Source: Paraspadella gotoi (lineage: Eukaryota > Animalia > Chaetognatha). Taken from it: 64,000 nt of DNA. Position numbers and translations under genes: made by a program. Positions within the stretch are counted from its first letter, which is position 1, and every line of letters starts with the position of its first letter. Where the stretch lies: contig CM119264.1 of assembly GCA_051294375.1 (NCBI GenBank), positions 5,321,962-5,385,961 of the forward strand, read 5' to 3'. Below the pieces are notes generated by a model. It was not told the origin of the DNA. It worked only from the letters and a program-made list of their open reading frames with translations, and did not search any database. Shown here in pieces: positions 12,767-29,578 of this stretch.

Positions 12767-13944
12767 CCTCTCTCTCCTTAATTTCCTCCTCTCTCTTCTA
12801 ACTTAACTTTTTTTTTCTTCTCCGGTGTGAATTATTTACTCTCGGTCTCGAGAACCTCGCGCTCAAAGTATCAAAACTATCCCCGCCCTTCCTGCTCATC
12901 CCCTCCCCTTCAATTTCACCTCCCCCCTCTCTGCTCGTCCAAAGAAGGGGGGGACACGAAGGGGGGCGGCGCGAAAGGGTCGCCTTTCTCTCTTTCGCGT
13001 CGAGAATCGTTTTTCGAATTACGCTTCCGTTTTATTTTTATTTTTAAGTAAAGAGGAAAGGAAGAAGAGGAGGAAGAGGGGGGCGGAGGCTCGGAGGGTG
13101 GGGGCGGGGAGTTTGAGTTAGGTATCCCCCGACGATTTCAGGGTGGACGCTGCCTTAACAACTGTGAAATTGTGATTCGTCCTTCGAGGGAAAAAAAGAG
13201 GAGGGGGGGGAGAAAGGTAAAAACGATACTGAGATCATTTCTTTTTTTTATCATTTTAACGTTTTTGCAAGTTTTCACTATTCTTGATTGCGCAGAGTTT
13301 TCCTTGCGACGTTGAGCTGCGTTATAGTCGAATCATTCAACTACTACTGTATGTAGCCAACGGTTTCTAAGCGGTTACGGTTCATTGACGGGGATCGGCC
13401 ATTTTAACTATCGCGCAAATTTTTTTTTTTGTCTTTAAATAAGAGCACGATTTCAAGCCGTTGACTAATTTATGGGTTGCTTTCTAATATTTTATGGCTA
13501 ATAAATATCTAGGTCTGCAAAGATAATTTTTTCACCGAGTACAAGTGGTATCATAAAAAACTTTCTTTTTTCTTTTCCGCTCAGCGTCGAAAGAATCGAT
13601 TTAAATCAAATTATTAATTTACCCAGGAATCAATAAAAGTGGTTTATCGAATGAGGAAGGAAAGGAAAATTCTAGCAACGGAACCTCGAAATTAAGTTTG
13701 TCGTTCGTGTCAGGCGAAACAGAAAAAAAAGGGAAAAAAGGTTCGGAAAGAAAAATAGAATAAGTTTTTTCCTTTTTCTAAATTTGTTTTCCTTCGATCA
13801 GCAGATGCATCGCCATGCAGCGCGCTGCAGCACAACATATTGCCAAAGCCGCCCATCGAAATATAATTCTACGAATGAGTTTTTTAATTTTTTTTATTTT
13901 ATATGATCTACCGATGTTGATCGGTATATATAATATATACATAT

Positions 13945-14604
13945 ATATATATATATAATAATCTTACCAACACCCATACTTCTTCATATAAAACTAACAA
14001 GAGTTGTTCATGGTCAAGTTGACATCAGGTGAAACCTTTTCACGTTCTGTTATCTGAACTAAATGTCCGCAGTCCACGGATTTCCTTTTCTCCCAGTCTC
14101 GAACCGATTTGTCGACTACTCAAGACTCGAATTCCCCGTTAATCCGATGGAATTTCGACGCAGCTGTTTAATTCTCTAAGATTTGAGTCCTCTTGCTTTA
14201 AGCACAATGGGCACTGGCGTAGCTTTCAGTGACTCATGACTCAGTCATGGCATTGCTTCTTTTCTCTCTTTTCCTGGAACTGCCTTGTTGGGATGTTCCT
14301 AATGTTTAATTGGCCGGGCAGACATTGCCCGCTGTACTTGAATGTCATAAAATTTGACGGCGCTCCCACGTCATAACAGCAGACTTGTGGCCGCTGCTCC
14401 CACGTCATTACAGTCTTGGCGACGCTTCCACGTCATAGACTCTCGTTGTGCCAGCACTAAACAAGTCGTTGGCGCGCGGTCAAAGAACCGAGGTCGCGAC
14501 TTCAAAATTGCTCTAAAGTTCTGCTCTCCACGAAAGAACAGAAGGCGAAGGGAAAAACGGCAGATCGGCAGGTTTCTCTCTCTCTCTTCTCTCTCTCTCT
14601 CTCG

Positions 14605-14635
<31 letters not shown>

Positions 14636-17600
14636 CCTCTCATCTCTCATCTACTCTCTCCTCTCTCTCTGTTGAGAAATCGGTTCCATACTCGAAGGGC
14701 GAACTCATCGTTGAACTCGTTCAAGTTTTTCGTTTTCATTCAATGAAACTAGAGGATTTTTTTCTGTAAGTATTCGACCTCTTTTTCCTAATTTTTAACT
14801 TCATTAAATATTGGAACAACCTCTATAAGAAATAATTCATTCATAGATAAAATAAGTTTATCTGCTCGTGACTTTGGACAGTGCTTAGCGTCTGAGCAAG
14901 ATACCCTTATCTTATTTAATTTAAATTTAGAATTTAAATTCATGTTAATTAAATTTAAAATTCATGTTTATTTTACTTTAAATTAATTTAATTTAACATT
15001 TAAATTCATTTAATTTAATATTTAATGCCATGATGACACAAGGCGTAGTGGAAAGTTACATACGAAAATTCAAAGTCAATTATAAACAACATACTATACA
15101 GTTAACATTAATTTTGTAAAAAAAATTAATTTATGTTTTTTAATTTTTCGCGTAGCTATATATATTATAGTATTATCCCCTTATGAAAATCGAAAATTTC
15201 AAAATAGGCTTTATCTAATTTTGATTGGCAGATTTGAATTCCTTCGTCAAAAGTGATAAAAGAAAATATAAATCATTTTTTACAAATTCTTTTATAAGTG
15301 GGTTAAAAATTAAAAAAACTATATTTAATATATAAAAACGTTAATTTTTCAGCTTAAAATATAGCTTTTTTAAATTTTGACCCATTATGAAGGAATTTTT
15401 TAAAAAAGAGTTTATATTTCTTTTTAACAACTTTTTATGACAAATCAAATCTGCAAAAAAATCTTAGAAAAAACTGTTTAAAATTTTAACATTTAATTGG
15501 TTTAGTATAGTATATAATATGGCCTACTGCGTAATTGGTAAATTTATAGAAATTTTTTTATTATCATAAATGTTCATTAGTATACATGTTGTTCGTTTCA
15601 GGCTTTAAAGTTAAATTTAAAAAATTTTACTAACGCCTTAAATGGTCACTGGACCTGGGACAATACCAAATGGAAAATGGATCGTGGAAAGACTAAACTA
15701 AATATGAAAAAAATAAGAAAGCAAAAAGAGTAAAATAAATGAAAACTATCATCGAAGAACAAAACATATCACCGGATCTAACGTAATCTTCCCGGCTCAT
15801 TAGTCCCTGACTCCAACTCTCTGTTCAAGGCTCAACGTTGTCCAGATGTTGAGACCTGCGATGCCTTCTTTTTTGCAAAAAAAGGACGACATCTCGTCGG
15901 CAGTTTATTCCGGGTCATTCGAACATTCCGATGTTTGTTATAGAATCGTTCTTTCCCCTTTTTTCTCGCTCTCTTTTTATACTTTCTCTTCACTGTCAGT
16001 ATCCTGACTCTCTGATTTTTTCTCTTTCTGCCTCTTTCTTTCTTTTTTCCTTTTTTCTTTTTTTTTCTTTTTTTTCTTGTATTCTTTCTTTTCTTTTTTC
16101 TATCTTTCTTTCTTTCTTTTTTTCTTTTCTTTTCTTTTTTTTTCCTCTTTTTTCTTTCTTTCTCTCTCTCTCTTTTTTCTTTCTTTCTTTCTTTCTCTCT
16201 TTCTTCTTTTCTTTTCCTCTTTTCTTTCTCTTCTTTCTTTCTTCCTTCTCCTTTCCTTTCTTTTTTCTCCTTCCTCTAAACTTTCTCTTTATTTCGCCTT
16301 TTCCTCAGTTTTCCTCAGCTATTCCCCCCTCTTCGACCCCCTCCCCCCTTCATTTCTCCCTTTTTATTCCTCTGATGTTTCATTCCTTCTCTCTTATCTT
16401 TTTTTCTCATTTTTTGATTCCTTCCTTTCCTTTTTTTTTTTTTGGCTCCCGTGTTCTTCATGTTCCCCGTTATCCTATAACTGCTCTTTCTTTCCCTTCT
16501 TTCCGTTTAATAACCGAGCGGGAAAGGCCCTTGGCCCCGCCCCCTTTACGCCCACCCCACCCACTTCCGTCTCCCTTTTACTCACCCCTCCTCCCCCCAG
16601 CCCGCCCACGCCCTCCCGCCGCCCATGGCGACCCTTTTGCTTCGTCTTCGCAAGAAAAAGAATCCCCAAGTGCCCTACGAGTTCCGCCCGACGACCCGGC
16701 CCGCAAAACGCCCCGCAAAACGCCCCGCAAAACGCCCCGCAGAACGCCCCGCAGTGCGCCCTGCTGAACGCCGTCACTTAACCTCTTGTTCCGTTTTTTG
16801 CGACGTAAGGTAGACCATCTTCACTTCTAAACTGCTCTTTTTGGCGTCCAACATCAAACCACAGTTTATCGTCTTTGTTACACAATCCAACCGCCGTGTT
16901 CAATTTCTTTTGCTCCAGCCTCAAACCACACTCATCGACCACGTGGGTAACTTCTTTCTCGTGCCAAAAAACCACCGTTGTTCTCCGTCACCAAAAATCC
17001 AAATCTTTATTTGTCTGACCAACCGACTTTGGACTCTGTGCAAAGGTTCAGTCCGCAGTTAGTGGAACTCGTCGCCAACGGCGAGGAACAACGGAAGGTA
17101 AAACTGCAGTTCCAGGATTTTTGTTTGTTTCATATTTCGGCGCGGGATTTGTCGCAGATCCCAACCGCCGGGCCAGGAGTTGTTTCTTTGTTTTTTTTGC
17201 AGTGCCAGAGTCTAAAACCGCAGTTAAATTAAGTAATGCAGAACGCAAAAGAGATTGAAATTAATATATACGATTTTGACGATAAAAACGATGAATCCTT
17301 AGGTATTTATATACAACTCTAAGTCAAAGATGATACGACAATGGCAATAAGCAAGAAGAATAAAAGTGGCTCACTGGCTTAATTTAGAGCACATAACTGA
17401 ACGAACACGGACGACGACGACGACGACGACTGACCGACGACGACCTACAGTCGCCGATGGGATCGACATTTTTTTTTGTCACTTATTCAATATCCTAATC
17501 CGCCTTTAATGGCGCTCGCTTTCCCCAAGGGGGCGAGGCCACTTCCGGTGGTTCAACCTGAGACAAGCTTTCCCCCCCCTCTCTCTCTCTCTCTCTCTCG

Positions 17601-18975
17601 GTCTCTCATCATCATCTCTATCTCTCNNNNNNNNNNNNNNNNNNNNNNNNNTCTCTCTCTTTATGATTCATCTCTTTATCTTTGCTCCCTTTTTGCAGGT
17701 TGACGATAAAATAAAATCGCTGTTGGTATTAGTAAGCAGCCCAGGAATGGCGCCAAATTTGAGAGCGCGTCTATTCGCCGAAAGAAAGCGAACGAAGAAA
17801 GTAAAAAAAGTGAAAGAAGATGAACAGAAGTGAAAGAAGATGAACATAAGTGAAAGAAGATGAACAGAAGTGAAAGAAGATGAACCGAAGTGAAAGAAGA
17901 TGAACAGAAGTGAAAGAAGATGAACATAAGTGAACTGAGATGAATGAAGGCAATCAAAAAAGAAATGAATGTCAACAAATGTAAAGCTGTCGAAGTCTAC
18001 GTAAAAGAAAATCCAAAAAAAAGATAGTGGACAAAGGTAAACGACAATGAACGAGGTTTAAAAGATAAAAAGTTGGACTTATATTATAAATGAACGTTTA
18101 TGTATTTAACTTTTTTCTCTATTGACGCCAAAACGCCACTTCAAACCCTAATCGCCCCCCGCGCCTTTCAAGGTCCACTTCGTCACCACCGATATTCAGT
18201 TCATTTATTTACTCGAATAGATTTAATTTTAGCGACGGTTGGCCAACAGCTTGTCGGCAGGCAGACAACAGCTAGCCGACAGACTGTCAACCGCTAGCCG
18301 GATTGCCGACAACTCGCCGACAGAAAGCCAAAGGAAAGCCGAGACTGTCCTCGACAGCCCGGCGATACTATCCCCGTCAGTTCGCCGATACTATCCCCGA
18401 CAGTCCTGAAAAATTCGTAAACAATTCTTCAACATTTCTGCCGACAAGTTGACAATTCGCTGACGGGAGATCGATGCGAATCCGCGAGTGAGAAGAGAGA
18501 AGAAAAAAAAAAAGAATCTAAACCAAATTCAATAAAACAGCAGGAAACGAAAGAGAAAAGCGGGAAACACAAGGGAGATAAAGACGAACAAAACGACAAT
18601 AAAAACAAAAGGGAATCGCGGAATCGAGGGGGGGAGGGGGGGGGAAAAATTTTGGGGCGGTGGACGAGAATTTTGGAACTCAAGGACGTCGACTGGGAGT
18701 GGTGTGCTGGTGCTGTGTGCGTTGAGTGGAACGTTGGATGAAGGATGGGGTGATGGTGATGTTATGAGATGAGATGAAAGATGACAATGCCAAGATGATA
18801 ATGGTGGCGCTGATGATACATAATAAGAATGATGATCAATGAATGATGGCCATCGATGATGATGACGATCATAATGAATGTGATGATGAGGATGTTTATA
18901 AAGTTGTTGGTTACACATGATTGATGATGATGGTAATCACGATGATGAACTAGATAATGATGATGTTGATCCCTT
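13945..18975. repeat. Second copy of the ~5 kb duplicated segment
   Basis: Colinear with 1-5541. Confidence 0.9.
15040..15640. mobile_element. Second copy of the foldback MITE
   Basis: aaggcgtagt...taacgcctta followed by aatggtcac, same position within the duplicated segment. Confidence 0.75.
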
Positions 18976-19727
18976 GATGATTACTTAATGATAATGGTGT
19001 TAATTATAATGATCCAACTAAAAAATACCTTCTATTTACTTAATAAATTATTACCGTGAGTGACTGACTGATTGTCACTCCGACCCACAATATCGTCGCA
19101 GATGAAATCAGAATAAGAATCAAATTTTACTGTCGAAATGAATAAATCTGATTTTATATTATTCATAAACGTTTTTATACTTATTCTCTTAATGTTAAGA
19201 ATACATTAATTAATCTCGTTAAATTAACTCAATCGATTGAAATTAACTAATTCGAATCAATCAAATAAACAAACAAATTGGAATTGATGATAATAATCAA
19301 GCTGACTGTGCAGATGAGGATGTTATCAAACTAAAGTTGTGCGGTTACACATGATTTGATGATGATACGGAGTAATACATGATGCAACTAGATAATCGAT
19401 GATGTTGATCCTTTGATGATTACTTAATGATAATGGTGGTTAATCTACTAATGATCCAACCTAAAAAATACCTTCTATTTACTTAATAACATATTACCGT
19501 GAGTGACTGACTGATTGTCCACTCCGACCCACAATATCTCGCAGATGAAATCAGAATAAGAATCAAATTTTACTGTCGAAATGAATTAAATCTCGATTTT
19601 ATATTATTCATAAACGTTTTTATACTTTCTCTTAATCGTTAAGAATACATTAATTACATCTCGTTTAAATTAACTCAATCGATCTGAAATTAAACTAATT
19701 CGAATCAATCAATAAACAAACAAATTG
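18900..19727 (+). repeat. Tandem duplication of ~390 bp (18900-19285 and 19333-19727)
   Basis: Same sequence twice (ggttacacatga...ttaccgtgagtgactgactgattg...aaacaaacaaattg) with indel differences. Confidence 0.85.
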
Positions 19728-20413
19728 AATCGACAAAATCTCATCGAATATAACAGTGTGAACCTTCCCTGCGATGGATGCCTAACTGATTCGCCAGATG
19801 GAACCAGAAANNNNNNNNNNNNNNNNNNNNNNNNNACCGAAAATGGAATCGGATCCGCGACTCGGGTAGAATCCGGATTCGATCTCTCATTGGACGAACC
19901 ACCAAGTGAATCGACCAATCACAAGATGGGCTTCATGATATCGGGAAAACCAGCCCGTGTCGATGATCCGATTGCTCTGTATAAATACTTGCTATTTCTG
20001 TACTGATTCATTCTGCCTCAAATCCTGACACCCTCTTCGCTTGTCTTATCTCAGAATAAAATCCACTTTGGTTTCTTGTTGAAATCTCTGTCTACTTACT
20101 TGAATGATAATATCACTATCACTATTACTAAACGGACAAGAACCAGTTCCAATCCAAACTCTCGATCTTTTCTCACTTCGACATCAACGAGAAATCACAA
20201 AGACGAAACCAAGAGAAGAAGCAACTACCAAGCAAACGTGGCGTCAAAAAAAAGAAAAAACCGAAAGAAGCCCCCTAGCGACGATGTTTTCGCGTGACGC
20301 TGAAGCCGTTAAAGGCAACGTGAACCGAGGGACAAGGAAAACCGCGGATTTGCCACCGGCGCCACCCGACGGGAAAGAGGAAAACAAAAGAACAGAAGAT
20401 CAATGATTCCTGA

Positions 20414-20457
20414 GTTGGAAGTTGGAAGTTGGAAGTTGGAAGTTGGAAGTTGGAAGT
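20414..20457 (+). repeat. (GTTGGAA)n heptamer tandem repeat
   Basis: About six perfect units. Confidence 0.9.
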
Positions 20458-22007
20458 GGCTTTGCGTGTTAAAAACAAACGAGAAGAAATATTAACTAAA
20501 ATATTGTTTTTATAAGTATGTTGACAAAAGCTTCAAAGGCAGCTTTTTTATTTAAAACATTTTGATGTGTAATGGGATTTTTGTAATTTTTTGTAAAAAA
20601 TGCAGAAAATTAACAGCCCATAATTCTACAAATAAAGGAGCCCTTTAAAGATAACGATTTTAGAAAATGGAGACGAAAAGGCGCTTTATGAATATAATAA
20701 ATAGAACGGGAAAAAAAATTAGTTTTATGCGCATAAAAATCCTCGACATTTTCTACAATCAGTTATTTAATCCGACAACGCATCGCTGCTCATGGCACGA
20801 TGCAAATGGAACCATTGCCGTCGTTGACAATCTTCAGAATCGATCGCGCAACGAGACGCGTTCAAAAAAACCCGGAGCGATGACCCCGAAAGAGCCTCTC
20901 ACTGACAGACTCTTTACACTGAGATGTTTTACAAAAAATAAAGATATAAAAAATAAAAATAAAAAAGGACAGTTTTTTATCTTGTGTGTGTAAATTTATT
21001 TTCATTCGGTTGCTCTATTTTTCATCGGAAATTCGCTGATATATATTTTTTTATTTATTTAATTATTTATATAAGGCACAATTTGTCTTTTAAACTCCTT
21101 TCTTTCCCTTTTCATCGGATATTCACTTTTTCCTACTTCATGTTTTATTTTGAAAACATTTTTTACGTACCTAATTATCTTAGGTTTTACCGAAGACAGA
21201 CCGACCGAGAAAGCGTCATATTTACTTCCTCGCGACTCAACAACGAGACAACGACTTTTGTCAAATTCGATGCTCTTTTTTTTTCGCTCGAATTCGCGTC
21301 GCGCGACTCAAAATGGCGTCGATTCGGTTGAACAAGAAACAAGCGAGAGAAAAACGTCTCGAGCGGCGTCGCCCTCGGAGCGATGGTAGTGACATAAGCA
21401 TCGGCGGCGGCGGCGGTGGCGGCAGCGGCGGCGCGGGGCGGCGGCGGCTCGGCGCGGCGGCGGCCGCGCATCGCCTTGATGCAATGTTTTAGAGCGGCGT
21501 GAAGCGATACTCACCCGGCTGTGAAAGTCGGGCCTCTTTGTGTGAACGCGATCGAGCGAATCGAGAACCAAAGTGAGCAAGAGAGACAGATGACTGAGAG
21601 AGAGACGAGAGACGAGAAGAGAGAGCACGAGAGAGGAGAGAGAGAGAGAGAGCTGAGAGAGAAGATGACGATGAGGAGAGAAGAGAGGTCAAGAAGCCTC
21701 CCCGAGGCTAGAGAGTAGAGAAGTGTGTGAAGTAGAGAGAAGGAAATTGGATTTAGACAGAGGCGAAAGCAAGCACGGTCAGACGGGCAAATCATTAGGG
21801 TGCATTGGGGGGTGGGGAGTGTTGATGCCAGTATCATCGTCCAATTGGGCGGAAGGGGCAATCTTTTTTTTTAGGGATCAGTGATTCAGTCAATCACCTA
21901 TGACTTCCGAGTGTCACCAAGTCACAATTTTGCGAAGTCAAGAGATGCGAAAATCGCGATTCTAGTCTCGTGATTGCTTTGCATCTCAAATTCCGACTCT
22001 ATCTCTA

Positions 22008-22040
<33 letters not shown>

Positions 22041-22770
22041 CNNNNNNNNNNNNNNNNNNNNNNNNNNNNNNNNNNNNNNNNNNNNNNNNNNNNNNNNNNN
22101 NNNNNNNNNNNNNNNNNNNNNNNNNNNNNNNNNNNNNNNNNNNNNNNNNNNNNNNNNNNNNNNNNNNNNNNNNNNNNNNNNNNNNNNNNNNNNNNNNNNN
22201 NNNNNNNNNNNNNNNNNNNNNNNNNNNNNNNNNNNNNNNNNNNNNNNNNNNNNNNNNNNNNNNNNNNNNNNNNNNNNNNNNNNNNNNNTTTTTTTTTTAA
22301 TGTTAAGCTCCCAGATTCATTTTCGCCCGATGAGATCCCGTATCTTCGTTCGAGCAAATGAACTCATTTGCGATTCAAATCCTTTTCGTCCATTTTTTCC
22401 CCTTTTTCGTCCATTTTTCCCTTTTTTTTAGTGGAATTTTTTAATGATTCATGATTTTCGAAACAGAGAATGTAATCAGTAATCTCGATTCACACATTTT
22501 TTTTTTCAATTTTCGATTGAGTCTCTTTTTTTTATTTTGATCCGAATGAAATTGAGAACGGAGTCTCTTTTAATTTTCCTTCTTGAAAATTTAGTGAAAG
22601 CTAAAAAATATTCAATATTTATGGAAGCTTTCTTAAAAATTTTAAATCAAATACAGTTTTCTGTAAAATCTAAGAGATACGTAATGACGGTGATACCAAA
22701 GTTTTAATTTTTCTACCTCTTTACCAAGTCTCTTCACTTATTTCCATCGGATACCAATTTCATTTTATAA

Positions 22771-25864
<3,094 letters not shown>

Positions 25865-26562
25865 GCCTCTGGACTCTTGAAACGATGTGATTGGACGGCG
25901 ACGGCGACGACGACGACGACGACAAAGATGACGACAAAAATTTATCTTTTAAAAAATTATTTTAAATCTTTGTTAAATTTTACAAACAGATACATTCATT
26001 GCTTGCGACATATTTAAAAAAAAAAAGTAACAACCGTATTGTCGATAGTGATAATTGAAAACTGACAAAACTGGCAAATTTGATAAAGATGACAGATATT
26101 GACAATAAGGGTCACGGGTGACACGCCCATTCCACATCGAAGAATTCAAGATCGTCTCCTCCTTTCCCCCCCCCTAAAAAAAACACCCGATTTATGAAAT
26201 CAAGTGCGTCTCGTGACTAAAAAGTGATTTTTCTCTCAAGATTCTCTTTAATCGTGTTTTCTTTCAAATAAAAAAAAAACAAAAAACAAAAATAAAAACA
26301 AAAAAAAACCTTTCTTCTTAACCTTCCGTTTCTATCTCTCTCTCTCTCTCTCTCCTTCTGTGAGATTTATTATTATTATTATTACAATTATTATTATTGA
26401 ATTCGTGAACCTTTGTTCAATTTTAACCCGACGTGTCTTTTGTCCGTTCATCGAATGACGAGAAAAAAAATTAAATTTTTACACGGTATCTCGTTGTTTT
26501 TCCTTTGTTTGAACGAAAGAGAGTATGTTAAAGATCAAAAAAAAGGAGAGAGAAGATAGAAA

Positions 26563-26611
<49 letters not shown>

Positions 26612-26719
26612 AAAGAAAGAAAGAAAGAAAGAAAAGAAAGAAGAAAGAAAGAAAAAAAGAAAGAAGAAAGAAAGATAGAAAGAAAGAACGAAAGAAAGAA
26701 AGAAGAAAGAAAGAAAGAA

Positions 26720-26783
<64 letters not shown>

Positions 26784-27109
26784 GAGCGTAAATAAAGGAA
26801 GAACTTTTGCTCTTTGCCGACGACAAACAGAGACAAACAGAGACTCGTCTTTAAAAATTCATTCACCTTCTTTGGCGTCTAGGGGCGAAACAATGAAGAA
26901 TTTCGGTCGGTCTGTCGGTTTATGAGTCGAAACCTAAAAATAGACTTCAGAACTGAAATAAGACTAAATTGGATCAAAACAATATTAAGGCGAAGACAAT
27001 AATACTAGCAAAAAAAAAAAACTAAATAATAATAGCAGGCCCAAGAATTACATTAGTTTTTATTCCACGCGAGCCTGAGAAAATATTTCTAAGATGCCCC
27101 TATTTTGAC

Positions 27110-27182
<73 letters not shown>

Positions 27183-27267
27183 GAGAGAGAGAGAGAGACT
27201 GTTTCTTCTTAATGTTTTCTTAACGATCGAGACGAAAAGAGACATCGAACGCTCGAACGGACATCGA

Positions 27268-27298
27268 TCACGTGACCTTTTGGGTTTCGGTATAAAAG
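27268..27298 (+). promoter_or_regulatory. Candidate core promoter: palindromic E-box TCACGTGA plus TATA box
   Basis: TCACGTGA at 27268, TATAAAAG at 27291, downstream of a (GA)n tract and ~90 nt upstream of a GAG|GTAAG donor at 27387. Confidence 0.45.
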
Positions 27299-27560
27299 GA
27301 TCTTTCGTCGCCGACAACAGAAACAATAAAATCGATCAAAATAACTTCAATTTTCTTTGGAACGTCTATCAATAAATCAAATAGAGGTAAGAAAATTTGA
27401 ATATTTTAATTTGTTTACTTCCTTCGCTCTTGCTTTATAAATGGTCAAATTTTCAAACGTAGCCTTTCCCCAATCGTCATTTGCTTTTCTCGACAAATGC
27501 TTCTCTCGTGTTTATTGTCTAACTTGATTTCCTCCCCCGACCAATCTGCTTTCCACCCAG

Positions 27561-27801
27561 GATGTTCGGTCACAGACACAGGCGTCGCGGCGGACTGTTC
27601 GGCGGTCATCGTCGCCGCCGCCGCCACTGATGACGCCGCTGGATGACGCGCCGATGATGCTGTGAGACGACTGCCGCGGCGTCGTCGGCAGCGGCGTCGG
27701 CAGGAGCTGCGGCGTCGCAGCGGCATCACCGGCGTCAACAAAATCGGCCTCCAGGATTCGAAAGACGAAGATGACGAATCAGACGACGGGTTCCTCTTCA
27801 G
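27561..27801 (+). other. Candidate exon of a small unidentified transcript; contains a 22-aa ORF at 27562-27630
   Basis: GC-rich island bounded by ttccacccag and CAG|GTTG; reading frame ambiguous. Confidence 0.35.
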
Positions 27802-29578
27802 GTTGTTGTTGTTGTAGTTGTTGTCGTTGTTAGTTTTTATCTCGAAATTTGTATAATGTATATTCATTTTCATCGTTTAAATAATTAATATATGTATTTT
27901 TTAGCAACACATTTAACGTTAACTATTTATTCGTTTATTCTCGCCTTATTTTTTTTTAGACTATTAATATTTTCGTACTTTTTTTTTATTAATTAATGAT
28001 TAACATTTGATTCAGATAGAGGAGCATCCGACTTCAGTTTCGTCGCTTGGAAATCGATGGAAACGACGGGATTTCTGAGAAATGTCAATTCGATTCTCAG
28101 AAATCTTTTGTCTTCCAAAATCTTCGCAACTTCGTCCTTCGAGACTAAAATTTTCTCAAGTATTTTTTTTAAAAAATTGTCAAATCCATTAAATGTCGTT
28201 TCTTCGAATGTAAAAAGAAGGATTAAAGGCCAACGGTTATGTTTTTTTCTCTCTCTCTTCTTCTTTTTTTTTTTTTTTTTTGACGCCGTGAGTAATTAAT
28301 TGATTTACTTAAGCCCGGTTCCTTTTTTATTGCTGCTTTTAACGCAGATTTCAAAATTATTATTATTTTTTTCCTTAATTCATTTTTAATAATCGAACCA
28401 CGCAATTTTTTTTTCCCTTATTCCTACAATCAGTAGCGTTTCTATCTTTTTTCTCTCTATTTTTCTTCTCATTGTCGTAGTAGTGTTATTTTGTACTTTT
28501 CCATCTTGCGGCGGAGTTCGGCGAACTTTCTCCTTCCATCTCGGGTTCGCCGTCTTCGTCGTCTTTAAAAAAAAAAAATCACTCCAGCAGTATGGCATGA
28601 AGCACTTTCTTTTAAAAAAAAGAAGAAAAGGGAAGGGCGTGGCCTTGAAGGGGCCGCTAGGGGGCTGCGGGTGCCGCGAGACGCCATCTTCTCGCGATCC
28701 TCGCGGGTCACGATGGGCGCTCGTCCCTCGTCTCTTCGTCGGGGCCACGCCCCTTCTCTTTTCTTTTTTTAGAAATCGTTCCACCCACCACACACAGTGA
28801 ATGACGAATATTGATATTTAAAATGATATATATTGATAAAAAAAAAAAAACCTTCAAGACCTTTTCGATTTCGTGGCCGAAAGGAATAAAAAAATCCGGA
28901 GGAATTTTTTTGTGTGTCATCGGTTTTAAATTTCTCGCGGATTTATTTCCAGTTTCGGCAATTTTTTTTTTTATTTCTCTCCGTTTTTAGTTTCTTAGAC
29001 TTAGTTTATTTTAATAATTGAAAAAGAAAAAAAAAACAGCCGGTAATATTTCGTTCATCTTTTTCCTCTTTTTGGTTTTGGTTTTTTAGATTTAGCGTCT
29101 TGTGTCCCAAATATTTTTTTTGATTTGGTTTTTTCAATTTTGTTTAAACATTTTATTTTTAAGCGCGATACTGTCTTCATTAAACTCGCAGATTAAATCG
29201 CAATTGTGTAGTTTTAATAAAACAAACTTCTTGCAGTTTATTAAAATTCAAAAAGTTAAACGCTTTAGTTAATATATTGAGCTAATCGTAATGATTTCAA
29301 AATAATCAAATTGTAAGAATGATAATCTCAGAAAATACTTATGCGGTATGATTATGATGATTGTAAATCTAAAAATGAAAACGAGAACCACCAATCTACC
29401 CTATTAACGACAAAACTTAAATTTTCTCGTTAAAAAAGTGTAAAAAAAAGTAAAACATAAGCAAAGAACCCTCCCTTCAAATGTCGACTTCCAATTCTCA
29501 ACGGACCAAATATTCAAGACCCGATTTCTGAGAAATTCTCATCCTAAATTCGAAGAGACGTAGACGATCGTCATTGAC

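Noticed and set aside
27628-27775. Several in-frame TGA codons as selenocysteine read-through
   Set aside because: TGA is expected from GAT/GAC-rich sequence; no SECIS or selenoprotein similarity recognised
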